From Clostridiaceae bacterium (GTDB lineage Bacteria; Bacillota; Clostridia; Clostridiales; Clostridiaceae): DNA of 59,059 nucleotides. The position numbers and the translations under genes were made by a program. A model generated the notes under the pieces. It saw only the letters and a list, made by a program, of their open reading frames with translations, made no database searches and was not told the origin of the DNA. Where the stretch lies: assembly GCA_036507955.1 (NCBI GenBank), contig DATCIH010000055.1:1-59059 (forward strand), given 5' to 3'. The stretch's first letter is position 1, and every line of letters starts with the position of its first letter. Below are positions 20,736-30,056 of this stretch, piece by piece.

Positions 20736-21629
20736 TTGATTAAAGCACTTGATTATTATAAGGAAGCAAAGGAACTCTTAAGTAAGGAAGAACCAATTTA
20801 CTTAAATAAAGCAATAGAGTCTTCAAAATCTCACCTTCACTCTCATAATTTTATAGAGATTGCCTTCGTAGCGTCTGGGGTAGGGATTCATTCAATAGGG
20901 GATAAGGAGTATGAGGTATCTAAAGGGGATCTTTTTATAATCAATTATGATATTCCCCATGAATTTAAATCCCTAGAAGATAGCAAATACCCAAATCTAC
21001 ATATTTACAATTGTATATTTAGACCATATTTTTTAGATGATAGGCTAACAGATTGTAAGGATTTCTATGAAATGTCAAAGCATTTTCAATTTCCCACAGT
21101 ATTTCCTGAGGGAACTAAATATGTAGGAGATATTACTCTTATGGATAAGGAAAGCGCTGCTATAGATGGAATATATGAAAAAATGTTTAGAGAATATGAG
21201 CTAAAAGAGGAAGGCTATATTGAAATTTTAAGAGTATATGTAATTGAACTATTAATAACTATTTTTAGACTCTATAATAGAAAGGATGCATTAAGGGACA
21301 AGCTCTATAGCTACAGGCAAGAGATGATAAATAAGGTTACTTATTATATGAAGGAAAACTATGCTAAGGATATTAAGCTGGAGGATCTGGCAAATATGGC
21401 TTTTTTAAGCCCTAATTATTTCAGTAAGCTCTTTAAAGAATGCACCTCCCATACAATATCTGAATATATTCAAAAGCTTAGGATTAAGGAAGCCTGCAAG
21501 CTTTTAAAGACCACAGATATTAAAATTATAGAAATATCAGGTATGGTAGGCTACAAGGATATAAAGTATTTTAATGAGATATTTAAAAGGTGGGAGGGTA
21601 AAACTCCTGGTGAGTATAGGAAATATTGA
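20736..21629 (+). CDS. AraC-family transcriptional regulator (cupin + HTH)
   Basis: TTG start with RBS (ggggggtg). C-terminal AraC HTH (LANMAFLSPNYFSKLFKE ... ISGMVGYKDIKYFNEIFKRWEGKTP). Confidence 0.8.
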   Translation: MIKALDYYKEAKELLSKEEPIYLNKAIESSKSHLHSHNFIEIAFVASGVGIHSIGDKEYEVSKGDLFIINYDIPHEFKSLEDSKYPNLHIYNCIFRPYFLDDRLTDCKDFYEMSKHFQFPTVFPEGTKYVGDITLMDKESAAIDGIYEKMFREYELKEEGYIEILRVYVIELLITIFRLYNRKDALRDKLYSYRQEMINKVTYYMKENYAKDIKLEDLANMAFLSPNYFSKLFKECTSHTISEYIQKLRIKEACKLLKTTDIKIIEISGMVGYKDIKYFNEIFKRWEGKTPGEYRKY

Positions 21630-21646
21630 AAACAAAGGAGAATAGC

Positions 21647-21830
21647 ATGAAATCGTATTTAGTAAGACCTACTTCCTGTTGATTACTTTCATATAGTATT
21701 TACGATTCCACAAGAATTAAATTACATAACTCTAACCACCCACATTTATACTGCTTAGTACCAAGTGGAGGGTTAAGTTTTGAAGGAAGCAAATGGATAG
21801 GCTCAACTTCAGAAACCGAATCTAAACATA
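21647..21830 (+). pseudogene. Relic of an IS91-family (Y2 HUH rolling-circle) transposase
   Basis: The reading frame gives ...IKLHNSNHPHLYCLVPSGGLSFEGSKWI..., matching the IS91/ISCR HUH block (HPHxHCLVPGGGLS..G.W) with the second His replaced by Tyr. An in-frame TGA is at 21680. There is no flanking full-length gene. Confidence 0.4.
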
Positions 21831-21859
21831 AAAAAATTTATATAGGAGGTAAAATTAAT

Positions 21860-22402
21860 ATGGAGCTTACGTGTAACAAAGTTTATATTCACTTTTTTGA
21901 AAATACAGATGCAGAAGCTTTACTCGATTTGCATTTAAGAAACGGTGAATTATTCCAGAAATATTCGCCAACTTTTGACGATGACTATTACACACTTGAA
22001 TCAAAACGTAAAGATATTAGCAATTCTATAAAACAAAGAAAAGAAGATAAAATATATTCTTTTGGTATATATTTAAAAGATAACGGGAAATTGGTTGGGG
22101 ATGTATCCCTGTATCATATATTTCGAGGTCCCCTCCAGAGATGTTTAATTGGTTATTCATTGGACAAGCAATATAATGGTAGAGGTTATACCACAGAAGC
22201 AGTCTCTTTAGCAGTAGAATTTGCGTTTAATGAATTAAAACTACATCGTGTTGAGGCAGGCGTAATGTTAAGCAATATAGGTTCAGTGCGAGTATTAGAA
22301 AAGGTAGGTTTTAATAGAGAAGGCATAGAACAAAAGGGTGTAAAGATTAATGGTCAATGGGAAGACCATCAGATATTTGCTATAATATCAGATACTAACT
22401 AA
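21860..22402 (+). CDS. GNAT-family N-acetyltransferase (RimJ/RimL-like)
   Basis: 180 aa with motif A (NGRGYTTEAVSLAVEFAF). Strong RBS. Confidence 0.8.
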   Translation: MELTCNKVYIHFFENTDAEALLDLHLRNGELFQKYSPTFDDDYYTLESKRKDISNSIKQRKEDKIYSFGIYLKDNGKLVGDVSLYHIFRGPLQRCLIGYSLDKQYNGRGYTTEAVSLAVEFAFNELKLHRVEAGVMLSNIGSVRVLEKVGFNREGIEQKGVKINGQWEDHQIFAIISDTN

Positions 22403-22498
22403 ACTTTATTTAGTGAAGAAGGTTTATATTTTGTGACGCAAGGGTAAAAAACATATGCTGTAACAATATTAATAAGCCATTTTGGGAAAAACATTTAT

Positions 22499-22987
22499 GT
22501 GATTGGAGTTGCAAGTCTTTCTTTCCATTCTTCTTGGTATGCAATGAGCAGTGTAATACCTGTTCTTAAATACGATTTGACAAAAGAAATCAAGCATTAC
22601 GAAATTCCTAAAAATATAATCATTGAGCAATATACACTTAATGAAAACACTATAGATAAATTTATTGAAGCAACAGCTATTGCCAATGATGACGTTGCTG
22701 ATAGCAAGGGAGAACTAAGTTTTCGTTCAGGAGGCGAAGGTTTCAAAATATTTACAGCAACCGATAATGGAAAGATTGTCAGTGCAATTACTTTATGGGA
22801 TATTGGTGAAGGTCGCAGTGCTGCTGAAAATATTTTTACAATACCAGATTACAGAAGAAAAAATATTGCACGAGAAATAATAGCAACAGGACTGCAGTCA
22901 TTAAAGGATTCAGGTCAGAAAATTGCCACTCTATCAATGAATGGGAAAAATCTCAATGCTATGAAATTGTATTTATCTATTGGATAG
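22499..22987 (+). CDS. GNAT-family N-acetyltransferase (weak start signal)
   Basis: C-terminal GNAT motif A (RRKNIAREIIATG). GTG start without a clear RBS. It may be degenerating. Confidence 0.45.
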   Translation: MIGVASLSFHSSWYAMSSVIPVLKYDLTKEIKHYEIPKNIIIEQYTLNENTIDKFIEATAIANDDVADSKGELSFRSGGEGFKIFTATDNGKIVSAITLWDIGEGRSAAENIFTIPDYRRKNIAREIIATGLQSLKDSGQKIATLSMNGKNLNAMKLYLSIG

Positions 22988-23133
22988 AATACAGCTAATT
23001 ACTTCGGAATCTTTCTAAAAATCCGAATTAAGTGAAGTCGAAAATCTTCAGTTTCATTTTCGATTCTAGTGTTAAAGTACATGCTATTTGCTGTGATATT
23101 TATTACATATGCACCTCAAAAACGAACCCGTTG

Positions 23134-23358
23134 CTAAATTGTACCCTCTTCATTTTCATCAGGAGTAAACTCAAACAAGTCACCAGGCTGACAATTTAAA
23201 ATTTTACATATCTTATTCATTGTTCCAAAACGTATCCCTTTTACTTTGCCTGTCTTTATAAGAGATAAGTTAACATTTGAGATTCCAACTTTTTCAGATA
23301 ATTCAAGTAAGGATATTTTCCTGTCTGCCATTATACGATCTAATCGTACTATAATCAT
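23134..23358 (-). CDS. XRE-family helix-turn-helix transcriptional regulator (YozG-like, 74 aa)
   Basis: LSLLELSEKVGISNVNLSLIKTGKVKGIRFGTMNKICKILNCQPGDL HTH. Confidence 0.8.
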   Translation of the reverse strand: MIIVRLDRIMADRKISLLELSEKVGISNVNLSLIKTGKVKGIRFGTMNKICKILNCQPGDLFEFTPDENEEGTI

Positions 23359-23371
23359 AGCTAAGCCGCCT

Positions 23372-23992
23372 TTACACTATAGAGTCATTATCTTCTTTAA
23401 GCTCAACACCTCTAGAAAACATGCTTGCTAATCCAAGGAATATTGAAGCTACAAGAAGTTCAGTAAACATCATTGGAACATTAATAATAACAGCAGTCAA
23501 TTCTGAAGAGCTCCTTTCATAGGTGTTAATCAGTAAAGAAAGAAATGCTCCATATCCAAAATCAAAAGCAAATTGGACAACGATTGTTATTGTAATGGCT
23601 ATACCAATTTTCTTGAATAAAATAGAATTGGCTTTAGTAAAGGGTTCATTATCCACTTCAAAACTTCTAAATACTTTCTTTAATTGTATACAAGAATAAT
23701 ATAATAAAAGCAAAATTGGAAGATTTGATATTCCAACATACAAAAGAATTTGTGGTATATATTGTGATTGAATAGATACAGGGAAAACTATTGAACCCAT
23801 TGTGCATTGAAAACTTGGTAAAAATATATTAATCCAAGTTTCCTTCAATATTCCAGAAGGAAGCAATGACAATATATTGAGGATAGAGAAAACCACGCCA
23901 GTAAAAGTAAATATTATTGAAATAGCAAGGCATAATTGGAAAATCAGGAATAAGGGACCTACCTTTTGATACTTATCAAATAATTTAAACAT
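23372..23992 (-). CDS. DUF2975-like membrane protein paired with the XRE regulator
   Basis: 206 aa with 4–5 TM segments. This is the usual partner of YozG-type regulators. Confidence 0.55.
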   Translation of the reverse strand: MFKLFDKYQKVGPLFLIFQLCLAISIIFTFTGVVFSILNILSLLPSGILKETWINIFLPSFQCTMGSIVFPVSIQSQYIPQILLYVGISNLPILLLLYYSCIQLKKVFRSFEVDNEPFTKANSILFKKIGIAITITIVVQFAFDFGYGAFLSLLINTYERSSSELTAVIINVPMMFTELLVASIFLGLASMFSRGVELKEDNDSIV

Positions 23993-24175
23993 AAAACGCC
24001 TCCATATTTTGTATATTATTATTATAATACTAATATTATCGTTTTACAATAATTAATTTATGTATTACTAAAATAAATTATTGTATTTATATAGTAATGA
24101 AATATATACTGGACAATTATAGCAATTATATAAGCTGAAATATGATATAATTATCCTATTAAGGAGATGACTTCT

Positions 24176-24290
24176 ATGAAAAGAATAAAATCAATTAAAC
24201 ACTCGGTGCAGTTAATATAATCTGATAACAGATTGTACCGAGATTTTCTAATTTGGTATCAGTTAACTGCACTGCTTTTCGTGGAAATTA
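24176..24290 (+). promoter_or_regulatory. Leader peptide (14 aa, MKRIKSIKHSVQLI) plus mutually exclusive hairpins and a terminator-like stem with U-run: putative translational attenuator
   Basis: RBS aaggag, 9 nt, ATG at 24176, stop at 24218–24220. Stem A pairs 24202–24210 with 24233–24241. Stem B pairs 24206–24215 with 24263–24272 and is followed by tgcttttc. Confidence 0.4.
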
Positions 24291-24311
24291 AATATGAAAA
24301 GGAGTTATGTT

Positions 24312-25088
24312 ATGGAATATATGAAGTTAAAAGAATACTGGCTGTCTGAAGAAAAAAAGAGCTTCCAAGGTTGGAATTTTTCCTATATTGATAAGAGAAA
24401 ATCCCAGGAACCTTTACCTTGGGACTACGGCAATATTGTACACCAACATTTAAAGACTAATTCAAAACTACTGGATATGGGAACTGGAGGCGGCGAATAT
24501 TTACTCACGCTAAATCACCCTTATGGCAATACTTTTGCGACAGAAGGTTATCCCCCTAACTTTGAGCTATGTAAGCGCACTTTAACTCCACTAGGCATTG
24601 AGGTTAGACAAATTTTTAATGATAATTACCTGCCTTTTGAAAAGGATATGTTTGACATCATAATAAACAGACAAGCATCTTTTGACATAAATGAAGTTTA
24701 TAGATTATTAAAGCCTAAGGGTTTATTTATTACCCAGCAGGTTGGGGAGTTAAATAACAAAGAGTTATCAAGGTTTTTAATAAAGGATTTTGAAAAGATT
24801 ATAAGAAAGGAACATACCTTAAAAAGTAATTTGAAGTTAATAAAAAACAAGGGAATGACCATATTAGAGTCAAAGGAATGTTTTCTAACACAGAAGTTCT
24901 ATGATGTGGGAGCCTTAGTTTATTATGCAAAAATTATTCCTTGGGAATTTCCCAATTTTTCAGTTGAAAGTTGTTTTAATCAATTATGTAAGCTGGAAAC
25001 AAAAGTTAAAAAGGAAGGATTTATTGCAAGCAAAGAGCACAGATTTGTTATTGTGGCTGAAAAACCTAACCTTTCAAATGGAAGGTAA
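24312..25088 (+). CDS. Class I SAM-dependent methyltransferase
   Basis: SAM-binding motif I (LLDMGTGGGEYLL). RBS aaaggag upstream of the Met at 24312. Confidence 0.7.
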   Translation: MEYMKLKEYWLSEEKKSFQGWNFSYIDKRKSQEPLPWDYGNIVHQHLKTNSKLLDMGTGGGEYLLTLNHPYGNTFATEGYPPNFELCKRTLTPLGIEVRQIFNDNYLPFEKDMFDIIINRQASFDINEVYRLLKPKGLFITQQVGELNNKELSRFLIKDFEKIIRKEHTLKSNLKLIKNKGMTILESKECFLTQKFYDVGALVYYAKIIPWEFPNFSVESCFNQLCKLETKVKKEGFIASKEHRFVIVAEKPNLSNGR

Positions 25089-25266
25089 TCCTCAGTAACG
25101 GTATATGCCTTAATGTAAAGAGCACGTTAAAATTATTTTTTAGTGTGTTTTTTACATTAAGGGGTTGTAATACTATCCATAAGATGTATAATTACACTAT
25201 AAGAGCATATAGATACTACTATACCTAAAGAAAATAGAGTAATACCTATTTTAAGGAGTTTTAAGT

Positions 25267-25944
25267 ATGAATAAAAAAATAGGTTGCCTTATAATACATG
25301 GCTTTGCAGGAAACTTAAAGGATATAGAAAAGCTAAATAGATTTTTATTAAAAAAAGGCTTTGAAACCTCTTGCCCATTATTAAAGGGGCATGCACTTAC
25401 GAAGAAAGATTTAGCAAGAACTAGTTATTCAGATTGGATATCTTCTGCAGAAGAATCCTTAATGGAACTTTCAAAAAAAAGTGATAGGGTGGTCCTAATT
25501 GGATTTTCTATGGGGGGATTAATAGCTTTTAATCTGGCTATAAAACATGATATATATAAAATGGTGACTTTAAGTGCACCAATATATCATTGGGATTTAA
25601 AACGAATGGTTACAAATATTATTAATGATATAAAAATTAGAAAAACTGAGCAGCTAAGAAACTATATTAGAACTTCTACAAATATACCTTTCAGAGCTTT
25701 GCTTAATTTTAAGTTGCTTTTATATAGAACAAAACCTTTGCTAAGCCAGATTACTTGTCCCATCTATATAGCTCAAGGTTTAATGGATGATACTGTAAAG
25801 CATAAAAGTGCTAACTATATCTATAGAAACGTAGCTTCTACCCAAAAGATAATGAAGTTTTATAATAATTCTCCACATGTAATTTGTAATGGGCCGGATT
25901 TTAGGGAGCTTTGTGCTGATATAAAAATTTTTATTGATAACTAA
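25267..25944 (+). CDS. Alpha/beta-hydrolase (esterase/lipase-like)
   Basis: Nucleophile elbow GFSMGG, and an HG motif near the N-terminus (IIHGFAG). 225 aa. Confidence 0.75.
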   Translation: MNKKIGCLIIHGFAGNLKDIEKLNRFLLKKGFETSCPLLKGHALTKKDLARTSYSDWISSAEESLMELSKKSDRVVLIGFSMGGLIAFNLAIKHDIYKMVTLSAPIYHWDLKRMVTNIINDIKIRKTEQLRNYIRTSTNIPFRALLNFKLLLYRTKPLLSQITCPIYIAQGLMDDTVKHKSANYIYRNVASTQKIMKFYNNSPHVICNGPDFRELCADIKIFIDN

Positions 25945-25967
25945 ATAGACAAGGAGGTTATATTAAT

Positions 25968-26261
25968 ATGTTTAATTTGCTTAATATCTATGCTAAGGGT
26001 AGCGATCCAATGGGTCTAGTCTTATTCACCTACCCCTTAATAGTTTTTGTAGTATCCCTTGTAATGCAACTTATACTTAAGAAAAAGGTTGGTATTTTAC
26101 TGATAAACTTTGCATTCTGGTTGGTTTTAACCTTTACTGTATTAAATTCAAGCTTCCTAATTTATTGCTTTGTGTATACAGTGATTTCTTTCCTGGGAAC
26201 GCTTATGGCAGATATAATTATTTCTATTAAAAACAAGTTTAAAAATAGAAGTAGAGCTTAG
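25968..26261 (+). CDS. Small membrane protein (3 TM)
   Basis: Hydrophobic 97-aa ORF with a strong RBS (aaggaggt). Confidence 0.4.
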   Translation: MFNLLNIYAKGSDPMGLVLFTYPLIVFVVSLVMQLILKKKVGILLINFAFWLVLTFTVLNSSFLIYCFVYTVISFLGTLMADIIISIKNKFKNRSRA

Positions 26262-26383
26262 TTAACTAAAAAGCCTTAAGCTAAATTGATATTAGGGATT
26301 AGGAATAAAATTGGCTTGCCTATTTAAGACAAGCCAATTTTATATATAGTATCCACATATTATCTAACATAGCCAAATAATAA

Positions 26384-27190
26384 TTAATTTACGCTTTTTA
26401 TATGTTCATGATCTATAAGGTGTCTACTACAGTAAGCATGCCGACCTTCACATTTTGAGCAATATCTAAATTCCATATTAGGATCTTCTATCTCAGTTAT
26501 ACCACAAACGGTACACTTATGAAAAGCAATAACCTTTGGGCGGTCAATGTTATATCTTTTTCGGTTTGTATATACCTGCTTCTTAGTCTTGCTTCTTCTA
26601 AATAAATCCTTACCGAAGAACAAGAAGTAATTGAGTACAGAGACAATAGCAGCCACTTTAGCAGGTATTGGTGCGGTTATAATTGTATAAGCAAGGAAAG
26701 CCCAGTTTAGGTAGGCTAAGTATTTTACTTTCATTGGCAATATGAAAAACAATAAAATTTCATAATTTGGAAATACTGCAGCAAAGGCAAGGAAAAGTGA
26801 AAGATTAAGGTAGGTGGCACTTCCATCAATTCCTACTATGAAAGCAGCGACGATTGTAAATAACATCCCTACCAGATAATATATATTGAATTTGAAACTA
26901 CCCCATTCCTGTTCAAGCCCTGTTCCAACAATATAATAGAAATATAGTACAAAAAATACGAATATATCAAGTCTACCTGCAGATGGTGGAATAAAAATAA
27001 AGGTTATAAGTCTCCATACCTGGCCTTGGAGTACTAAACCTGAGTCAAGTCTTAAGTTGTATATTAACATACCAGATTGATCAATCAAGCTTAACAGATA
27101 TATAAAACCGTTAATTCCAACAATGTACATAATTAAATTTTTTATAGCGTATCTTCCAAATTTTCTTTCCAATTTGTCTAGCCACTTCAT
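26384..27190 (-). CDS. Polytopic membrane protein with a C-terminal 4-Cys zinc-ribbon
   Basis: 6–7 TM segments followed by CTVCG...CSKCEG...C..H. Possibly rhomboid-like, but I could not place a GxSG catalytic motif. Confidence 0.45.
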   Translation of the reverse strand: MKWLDKLERKFGRYAIKNLIMYIVGINGFIYLLSLIDQSGMLIYNLRLDSGLVLQGQVWRLITFIFIPPSAGRLDIFVFFVLYFYYIVGTGLEQEWGSFKFNIYYLVGMLFTIVAAFIVGIDGSATYLNLSLFLAFAAVFPNYEILLFFILPMKVKYLAYLNWAFLAYTIITAPIPAKVAAIVSVLNYFLFFGKDLFRRSKTKKQVYTNRKRYNIDRPKVIAFHKCTVCGITEIEDPNMEFRYCSKCEGRHAYCSRHLIDHEHIKSVN

Positions 27191-27284
27191 AGTAGCACCT
27201 CACTTTGCATGTTTTAGAAATATAAGTATTATTATAACATTATTAATATAGAATTAATATGAAACATATTTTCGAGCTAAGCTT

Positions 27285-27923
27285 TTACTTTATTGAAATT
27301 GAATTAATAATTTGATTTATGGTTTTGTCGCCCTCCTTATCTCCACTGGTGGAGATAAAGCTTAAAACATAGCCATTAATTATACAAGCAAAATCTTTTT
27401 GATGAATTTCTATATTATTCGTTTTATCACTTGCCACTGCATCTAGAACACTAAAATTCCTTTTACCTATCTTTTGATAATAAATATCCTTATTGAAGCT
27501 ATATGGAAAAGAAAACTTTAATGCAATTAAGCCTGCCTTTAGAGTCTTTAGATAATCGGAGCTTTTCTTGACTTTTTTAAGGGAGGATATTTTTTCGGCA
27601 ATTATACAAAAACTAGCATTATTAGTGCTTTGATCTAGCTGGAAATCCTTAAAAATAGTGATAAGACAAAGGCTATTTAAATCACTAAGCTTTGGTTGGG
27701 ACCCATCTGCTAATGGTTTTTGACCTTGAGGGATAGTTATCACATATTCTTTAGGCGCAGTTAAGTTCATATTAAAGAAGCTATTTTTATAACTATTTAT
27801 TTCAACTATACCTAAATCAATTTGTTTATTTTTAGTTCCCTTTGTCATAGAGCTTAAATTGCACCCTGTTAAAATTATAGTAAAGAAAAAAACTAAGATG
27901 AAGGAAACATATTTTCTGACCAT
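27285..27923 (-). CDS. Putative lipoprotein
   Basis: The internal Met gives MVRKYVSFILVFFFTIILTGC, a lipobox-type signal peptide. The upstream extension in the ORF track is probably not translated. Confidence 0.55.
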   Translation of the reverse strand: MVRKYVSFILVFFFTIILTGCNLSSMTKGTKNKQIDLGIVEINSYKNSFFNMNLTAPKEYVITIPQGQKPLADGSQPKLSDLNSLCLITIFKDFQLDQSTNNASFCIIAEKISSLKKVKKSSDYLKTLKAGLIALKFSFPYSFNKDIYYQKIGKRNFSVLDAVASDKTNNIEIHQKDFACIINGYVLSFISTSGDKEGDKTINQIINSISIK

Positions 27924-28017
27924 AAGAATCTCCCTAAACTCATTGTTTAATTGCCTTAATAATACATCATATACAAACAATAGTATATAAAAAAATAGCT
28001 TTGTAATTGATACAAAG

Positions 28018-28173
28018 CTATTTATCATTCATCTTTATTAATACTATCTCATTACAATCTTTGCATACAATGGCAATACTACCATCGCCACAATTTTTTA
28101 AACTAAATTTTTGAAAGGGCTTATCGCTTTCAAGTTCTTCGATATTCCCACATTTACATAATAATTTTATCAT
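28018..28173 (-). CDS. Small (51-aa) CxC...CxxC zinc-ribbon-like protein, absent from the ORF track
   Basis: Manual translation gives MIKLLCKCGNIEELESDKPFQKFSLKNCGDGSIAIVCKDCNEIVLIKMNDK. RBS ggaggtaat 7 nt upstream. Confidence 0.4.
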   Translation of the reverse strand: MIKLLCKCGNIEELESDKPFQKFSLKNCGDGSIAIVCKDCNEIVLIKMNDK

Positions 28174-28227
28174 ATTACCTCCATAGCTACTATTGACATG
28201 ATACTATTATACACTAATATGTTAAAA

Positions 28228-29085
28228 CTATAAATAAAAAATATTATATTTGCCCTTTATAGTAGGTAGGATGCATCTAATTGTTACTGCTATTATTACC
28301 AGGGTACCTCCAATAATTGAAAAAATCCCTGGAGTTTCTTTTAGCAGAAGAAGTACCCAAATTGGATTTAAAATAGGTTCAATTACGGGTATAAGAATCG
28401 CCTCCAAAGCGGTTACATGCTTTATGGCAGCAGCATATAGTATATAAGGTATACCAAGCTGTAAAACTCCTAATAGAATTAAGCCTATCCAACCTTGAGT
28501 ACTCGGCTGGGAGGCAAACATAAAGGGTAACCCTACCAAAGCGGTAAGTATATTTCCAAGAAATACTGATTCTAAGGGAGAACCATTTTTTTGAAGTCTC
28601 ATAAATATGGCAAAGAAACCAAAAGAAACTCCGCTAAGAGCTGCAAGAATGTTCCCAATAACCCCATTTGTATTTAAATGGTCCAGAAAAAATAAAGCCA
28701 TACCACCAAGGATAATAAAAATCAACAACCAATCAATAACTTTTGGATTTTCCTTTAGAAACCAAGTCCCAAATATTGCAACATATATGGGGGCTGTATA
28801 TTGGAGGAAAATAGCATTGGCTGCAGTGGTAGTTTTGTTGGCTATAACAAACAACATAACTGTTGCAAAGTAAGCAAAGGCAGCACCTAATTGAGCCGGT
28901 GACCAGGTGAACTTAGGCTTCTTCATATAGATAAGTAGTACCACAGCGGCAATAGCACTTCTCATGCCAGCTATTGCTGCGGGGTTCCAATTTATAGATT
29001 TTATAAGAATTCCACCAAGACTCCAGAGAGTTGCTGTAATGACTAAATATATAATAGCTTTTGACCTTCCACTTGGCTTTATCAT
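28228..29085 (-). CDS. DMT-superfamily (EamA) transporter
   Basis: 285 aa with 10 TM segments and two EamA-like halves. Confidence 0.8.
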   Translation of the reverse strand: MIKPSGRSKAIIYLVITATLWSLGGILIKSINWNPAAIAGMRSAIAAVVLLIYMKKPKFTWSPAQLGAAFAYFATVMLFVIANKTTTAANAIFLQYTAPIYVAIFGTWFLKENPKVIDWLLIFIILGGMALFFLDHLNTNGVIGNILAALSGVSFGFFAIFMRLQKNGSPLESVFLGNILTALVGLPFMFASQPSTQGWIGLILLGVLQLGIPYILYAAAIKHVTALEAILIPVIEPILNPIWVLLLLKETPGIFSIIGGTLVIIAVTIRCILPTIKGKYNIFYL

Positions 29086-29569
29086 AATTTATTCCCCCAT
29101 ATATTACCTTTCTCTTAAATCTAAAAAATAATAGTAGTTTGGTATTATTATATATATTTTGAAATGATAAAGCCATACTTGTGAAAATTCTCTTATAATA
29201 ATTCTTTCCCTTGAAAAGGCAATGAGGAATAGGGATAATATAAGTAACCGGTAATACCTTTGAGGGGAGATGATCAATTTTGATTAAAAAGGATAGGTGG
29301 TTTTCCACCTAGCTAAAAGGGGGCATGCCTACCAAGGCATGCCATCTAATATTGACAACTGGATAAATAGATAATAGAATGAAATTGTAAAGATAAATTT
29401 GGAAGGATGTGTGCATATATGGTAAAGAGTATAGTTTTTGAGGTGATCTTTCTATAATTAAATAAGGAAGAAAGTACTGAAATTTCTTACATAGTAAGGT
29501 TTATTTCTTATGACTTTCTTTAGAAACTAATAACCGTTATCCAAGATGCACTTTAATATAAAATTGAAA

Positions 29570-29591
29570 GCAGGGTTAACCTGCTTTTTTT
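29570..29591 (+). terminator. Intrinsic terminator (gcagggttaacctgc + ttttttt) with no annotated upstream gene
   Basis: Perfect 5-bp GC-rich stem followed by a T7 run. Confidence 0.5.
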
Positions 29592-29629
29592 GTTCAATTT
29601 TTTAAAGTATAATAACTGGAAAAGCTATG

Positions 29630-29663
29630 TCCCGCGGTTATATATTATCCGCGGGATTTTTCT
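29630..29663 (+). terminator. Second terminator-like hairpin (tcccgcgg-ttatatattat-ccgcggga + tttttc)
   Basis: 8-bp GC-rich stem. It lies immediately upstream of the CD3324-family gene. Confidence 0.45.
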
Positions 29664-29690
29664 GCCTAAAATTATTTCGGAGGTGATTTA

Positions 29691-30056
29691 ATGAAAAATC
29701 TTAGTTTTTTTAACAATGTTTTCATGAAGGAGTCAGTAAAATTAAAAAAGGGAGAGGATTCTTTGAATTATAAAAATGGTAAGGAAATCCTGCCAGAGGA
29801 GCTATTAAGGCAGGTACAACAATATATACAAGGAGATTTAATATATATTCCCATTGGAGAAACTAAAAGAAAAGCCTGGGGTGAAAATAACGGAACCCGA
29901 GAGCAAATTAAAAATAGAAACGAAGATATTTTAAAACAATATAAAACAGGCAATTCCTTTGAGAAGCTGGCAGCCTTGTATTGCCTTTCAGAGGAGAGCA
30001 TAAGAAAGATAGTTTATAAGACATCAAAAGAATATACAAAGGTAGGTGGTAGGTAG
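29691..30056 (+). CDS. CD3324/Mor-family small regulator-like protein
   Basis: ILPEELLRQVQQYIQGDLIYIP...KRKAWGE...REQIKNRNEDIL matches the CD3324-family pattern typically found upstream of rsgA in Clostridia. Confidence 0.6.
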   Translation: MKNLSFFNNVFMKESVKLKKGEDSLNYKNGKEILPEELLRQVQQYIQGDLIYIPIGETKRKAWGENNGTREQIKNRNEDILKQYKTGNSFEKLAALYCLSEESIRKIVYKTSKEYTKVGGR

